Below the pieces are notes generated by a model. That model was not told the origin of the DNA and did not search any database. It saw nothing but the letters and a program-made list of their open reading frames with translations. Shown here piece by piece: positions 62,114 through 64,000 of a DNA stretch of 64,000 bases. A program made the position numbers and the translations under genes. Source of the stretch: an uncultured Prevotella sp. (GTDB lineage Bacteria > Bacteroidota > Bacteroidia > Bacteroidales > Bacteroidaceae). The stretch spans positions 6,129 to 70,128 of the forward strand of contig OMXO01000004.1 of the NCBI GenBank assembly GCA_900315035.1. Reading direction: 5' to 3'. Every line of letters begins with the position of its first letter. The stretch's first letter is position 1.

Positions 62114-62427
62114 TTTGTCGTGGGTACGCTGGTGGGATCCTTGAAGACGTAACTCTTATCCACGGTGATGATAACGTCGCGTGCAATCTTCACATCGACG
62201 GTGTTCTTGGCGAGGTCGATGCTCTTGACGGTACCGTAAATACCACCGCCGGTAATGACCTGCTGACCTTCGCTCAGTTCGTTCTGGAACTTCTGGATCT
62301 CTTTCTGTTTCTTCTGCTGTGGCTTGATCATGAAGAACCACATGATGGCGAAGATGGCGACCATCATGATGATCATGCTCATGCCACCTCCTTGTGCTGC
62401 CTGGGCAGCGAGTACAAAATTAGTCAT
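62110..62427 (-). CDS. yajC: Preprotein translocase subunit YajC
   Basis: 105 aa. Single TM segment (MIIMMVAIFAIMWFFMI) plus the conserved GQQVITGGGIYGTV segment. Confidence 0.8.
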   Translation of the reverse strand: MTNFVLAAQAAQGGGMSMIIMMVAIFAIMWFFMIKPQQKKQKEIQKFQNELSEGQQVITGGGIYGTVKSIDLAKNTVDVKIARDVIITVDKSYVFKDPTSVPTTK

Positions 62428-62446
62428 ATTAATATTTGATTATTGT

Positions 62447-63772
62447 TTATTGCTCGTCGTTGTTGCTTGGCTTCTCGTCGATGGGCTTTTCGCCATAGGG
62501 CTTTTCGCCATAAGGCATCCGCCTTCTGGGCTGTCTGGGCGCTCTCGGTTCACTGAACTCTCTGCGCTCTCTGGGCTCTCTGAACTCTCTGCGATCCCTT
62601 GGCTCACCGAAATCTCTGCGCTCTCTGGGCTCTCTGAATTCTCTGCGCTCCCTTGGCTCACCGAACTCTCTGCGCTCTCTCGGTTCTCTGAACTCTCTGC
62701 GCTCTCTTGGTTCTCCGAATTCTCTGCGCTCTCTCGGTTCTCTGAATTCTCTGCGCTCTCTCGGCTCCCTGAACTCTCTTGGTTCTCTCGGCTCTTTCTG
62801 CTCCCGTGGCTCTTTTGGCTCTCTTGGTTCCTTGGGCTCTTTAGGCTCCATGAATTTCAGGAGTTTCCCAGATTTGATAAGGTTGCGGCAGATAGTGTCG
62901 AGCATGCCGTTGATATAACTGCCGCTCTTGCGGGTAGAGTAGATTTTAGCCAGTTCTACATACTCGTTGATGCTGACGCTCACAGGGATGTTCGGGAAGG
63001 TCATGATCTCGGCGATGGCCAGTTGCATGAGGATGATATCCATGAAGGCCAGACGGGAGAAGTCCCAGTTGCGTGAGGTCTCGCTCATGTAGCGCTGATA
63101 ATGGTCGGAATTGAGGATGGCAGCGCGGAACAACTTACGTGCAAACTCCTGTTCCTCCTCGCTCGCCCATTCGGGCAGGAGCTCTTCCTTGCTACCGTTC
63201 TGCTCCTTGAAACGCTTGATGGTCTTCATGACGAAGGTATCGACAATATCCTTATCGTCGTTCCAGTAGAGGCTCTGTTCCTCGAGCATGCTGTCGATGT
63301 CGTCATTGTTCATGATGAAGGCCTTATAGAGATGACGCCAGAGGTCGCGGTCGGCCTCGTAACTGTCGTTCTTATCGTTCATGTATGTCTGATAGATCTC
63401 GCTGCTCTCGATTCTGTCGAGTAATTGTCCGACAATCACGTCGTTGTCGGCCCAGTTGAACTTCTGACTGCTCATGAAGTCCTGGAGCATCTTGTTTTCG
63501 CCCAGTTGTAGGGCGAAACGGTTGAGTACAAACTTCTGTGAAGGTTGGGGCGTGCCTTCGCGGAGAGCGCGCGACTGTAAGACCTCCATACGGCGGCTAG
63601 CCTCTTTAGTGATGGCTATAATGAGCGCCAGCAGATAGTTGTAGAGGTCATAAGACTTTGACAGACTGAAGAAAAGTTCCTTTTCAGCCGAGTCGATGTT
63701 CTTGTTACCGTTTTGATAGTAAGCGTAGGTTAACTGAACAATCTTGATTCTGATAATTTCCCTATTGATCAT
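62447..63772 (-). CDS. nusB: Transcription antitermination factor NusB with a ~135-aa repetitive Arg/Glu/Pro-rich C-terminal extension
   Basis: 441 aa. N-terminus MINREIIRIKIVQLTYAYYQNGNKNIDSAEKELFFSL resembles Bacteroidales NusB as I recall it. The C-terminal tail is made of REF(R/G)EPRER nonapeptide repeats. Confidence 0.75.
   Translation of the reverse strand: MINREIIRIKIVQLTYAYYQNGNKNIDSAEKELFFSLSKSYDLYNYLLALIIAITKEASRRMEVLQSRALREGTPQPSQKFVLNRFALQLGENKMLQDFMSSQKFNWADNDVIVGQLLDRIESSEIYQTYMNDKNDSYEADRDLWRHLYKAFIMNNDDIDSMLEEQSLYWNDDKDIVDTFVMKTIKRFKEQNGSKEELLPEWASEEEQEFARKLFRAAILNSDHYQRYMSETSRNWDFSRLAFMDIILMQLAIAEIMTFPNIPVSVSINEYVELAKIYSTRKSGSYINGMLDTICRNLIKSGKLLKFMEPKEPKEPREPKEPREQKEPREPREFREPRERREFREPRERREFGEPRERREFREPRERREFGEPRERREFREPRERRDFGEPRDRREFREPRERREFSEPRAPRQPRRRMPYGEKPYGEKPIDEKPSNNDEQ
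62528..62850. repeat. 27-bp tandem repeat (8 good units at 62555-62770 plus degenerate flanks), grading into a 9-bp periodicity, inside nusB
   Basis: Units start at 62555, 62582, 62609, 62636, 62663, 62690, 62717 and 62744, with consensus GAAYTCTCTGCGCTCTCTBGGYTCTCT. On the minus strand they encode REF(R/G)EPRER. The region 62790-62850 encodes the (E/K)P(K/R)E triplet-like repeat. Confidence 0.9.
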
Positions 63773-63834
63773 CTCACTTGATGTTTATGTGGTTTTACTT
63801 ATATATATTCTGTTATAAACTTAATTTGTAAGTG

Positions 63835-63842
63835 CAAAGGTA
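63835..63842 (-). promoter_or_regulatory. -7 box TAnnTTTG for the nusB operon
   Basis: Minus-strand TAccTTTG, 62 nt upstream of the ATG at 63772. Confidence 0.4.
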
Positions 63843-63926
63843 GGCATTTTTCTGCGATGCTGCAAGAAAAACGGCGAAATATTGAGTTTTTTTTAGTAAA
63901 TATTTGGTTGGTAACGGAAAAAGTAC

Positions 63927-63934
63927 TACCTTTG
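63927..63934 (+). promoter_or_regulatory. -7 box TAnnTTTG with a -33 TTTG 20 nt upstream (gene off-window)
   Basis: TAccTTTG, preceded by ATTTGGTTGGTAA at 63902-63914. Confidence 0.4.
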
Positions 63935-64000
63935 CACCGCTTTTCTCAAAGGCACTACGATTTTTCGTGTGATGGCGAATTAAGCAAAAAGAAATTTTTA

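Noticed and set aside
62528-62850. Regularly spaced 27-bp repeats as a CRISPR array.
   Set aside because: The units are directly abutting with no spacers. They lie in-frame inside the nusB ORF and encode a nonapeptide repeat. No cas genes are present.
62324-63076. 250-aa + strand ORF with LSALSGLSE repeats.
   Set aside because: It is the antisense reading of the nusB tandem repeat and of the yajC 5' region. It overlaps two well-supported minus-strand genes, and its repetitiveness is a by-product of the 27-bp repeat.
1-64000. tRNA, rRNA, tmRNA, riboswitch or group II intron signatures.
   Set aside because: I found no cloverleaf-like T-arm or anticodon-arm patterns (GGTTCGAATCC-type) and no long structured leaders in any intergenic region on visual inspection. 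Intergenic spaces are short apart from the two palindromic elements. A covariance-model scan (tRNAscan-SE or Infernal/Rfam) is needed to be sure.

Overview
The window is a densely coding, chromosome-like segment with about 50 CDS and no rRNA, tRNA, CRISPR array, integrase or phage genes visible by eye. Gene content and the recurring TAnnTTTG -7 promoter box suggest Bacteroidota, Prevotella/Bacteroides-like. This taxon call is an inference and was not searched.

Most genes are housekeeping:
- glmM
- a tamA/tamB operon headed by a ketosynthase
- pgi-gpsA-lysS
- a complete menaquinone operon (thioesterase-menF-menD-menB-menC-menE)
- aroB
- the nusB-yajC-ybbR-coaE block
- transporters of the AGCS and SulP families
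- pepO, an aldehyde dehydrogenase and a type-B carboxylesterase

Five items deserve a second look:
1. A five-gene + strand operon at 50821-59110. It encodes a STAS antagonist, a REC-PP2C phosphatase, a membrane-anchored coiled-coil/WD40-like protein, an HTCS-like periplasmic propeller/Y_Y_Y sensor, and a TPR-extended TonB-dependent-type barrel. The sensor's kinase core keeps all ATP-binding boxes but has Asp where the phospho-acceptor His should be. This looks like an envelope-sensing partner-switching module with no sigma factor or DNA-binding output nearby.
2. Two paralogous ~350-bp intergenic elements at 24734-25095 and 59237-59580. Each has nested perfect palindromes: an inverted repeat built from tandem octamers around a perfect A/T-only palindrome. 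The stem sequences differ completely between the copies, yet each copy is perfectly self-complementary. Both copies share an identical 18-mer and have outward-facing promoters.
3. NusB carries a ~135-aa Arg/Glu/Pro tail encoded by 27-bp tandem repeats.
4. A 32-nt RpoE/ECF-type promoter motif is shared by an LTXXQ periplasmic protein gene and an outer-membrane barrel gene.
5. A ketosynthase with a C-terminal KS-like half domain is translationally coupled to tamB.

All family names come from motif recognition by eye. No database search was run.
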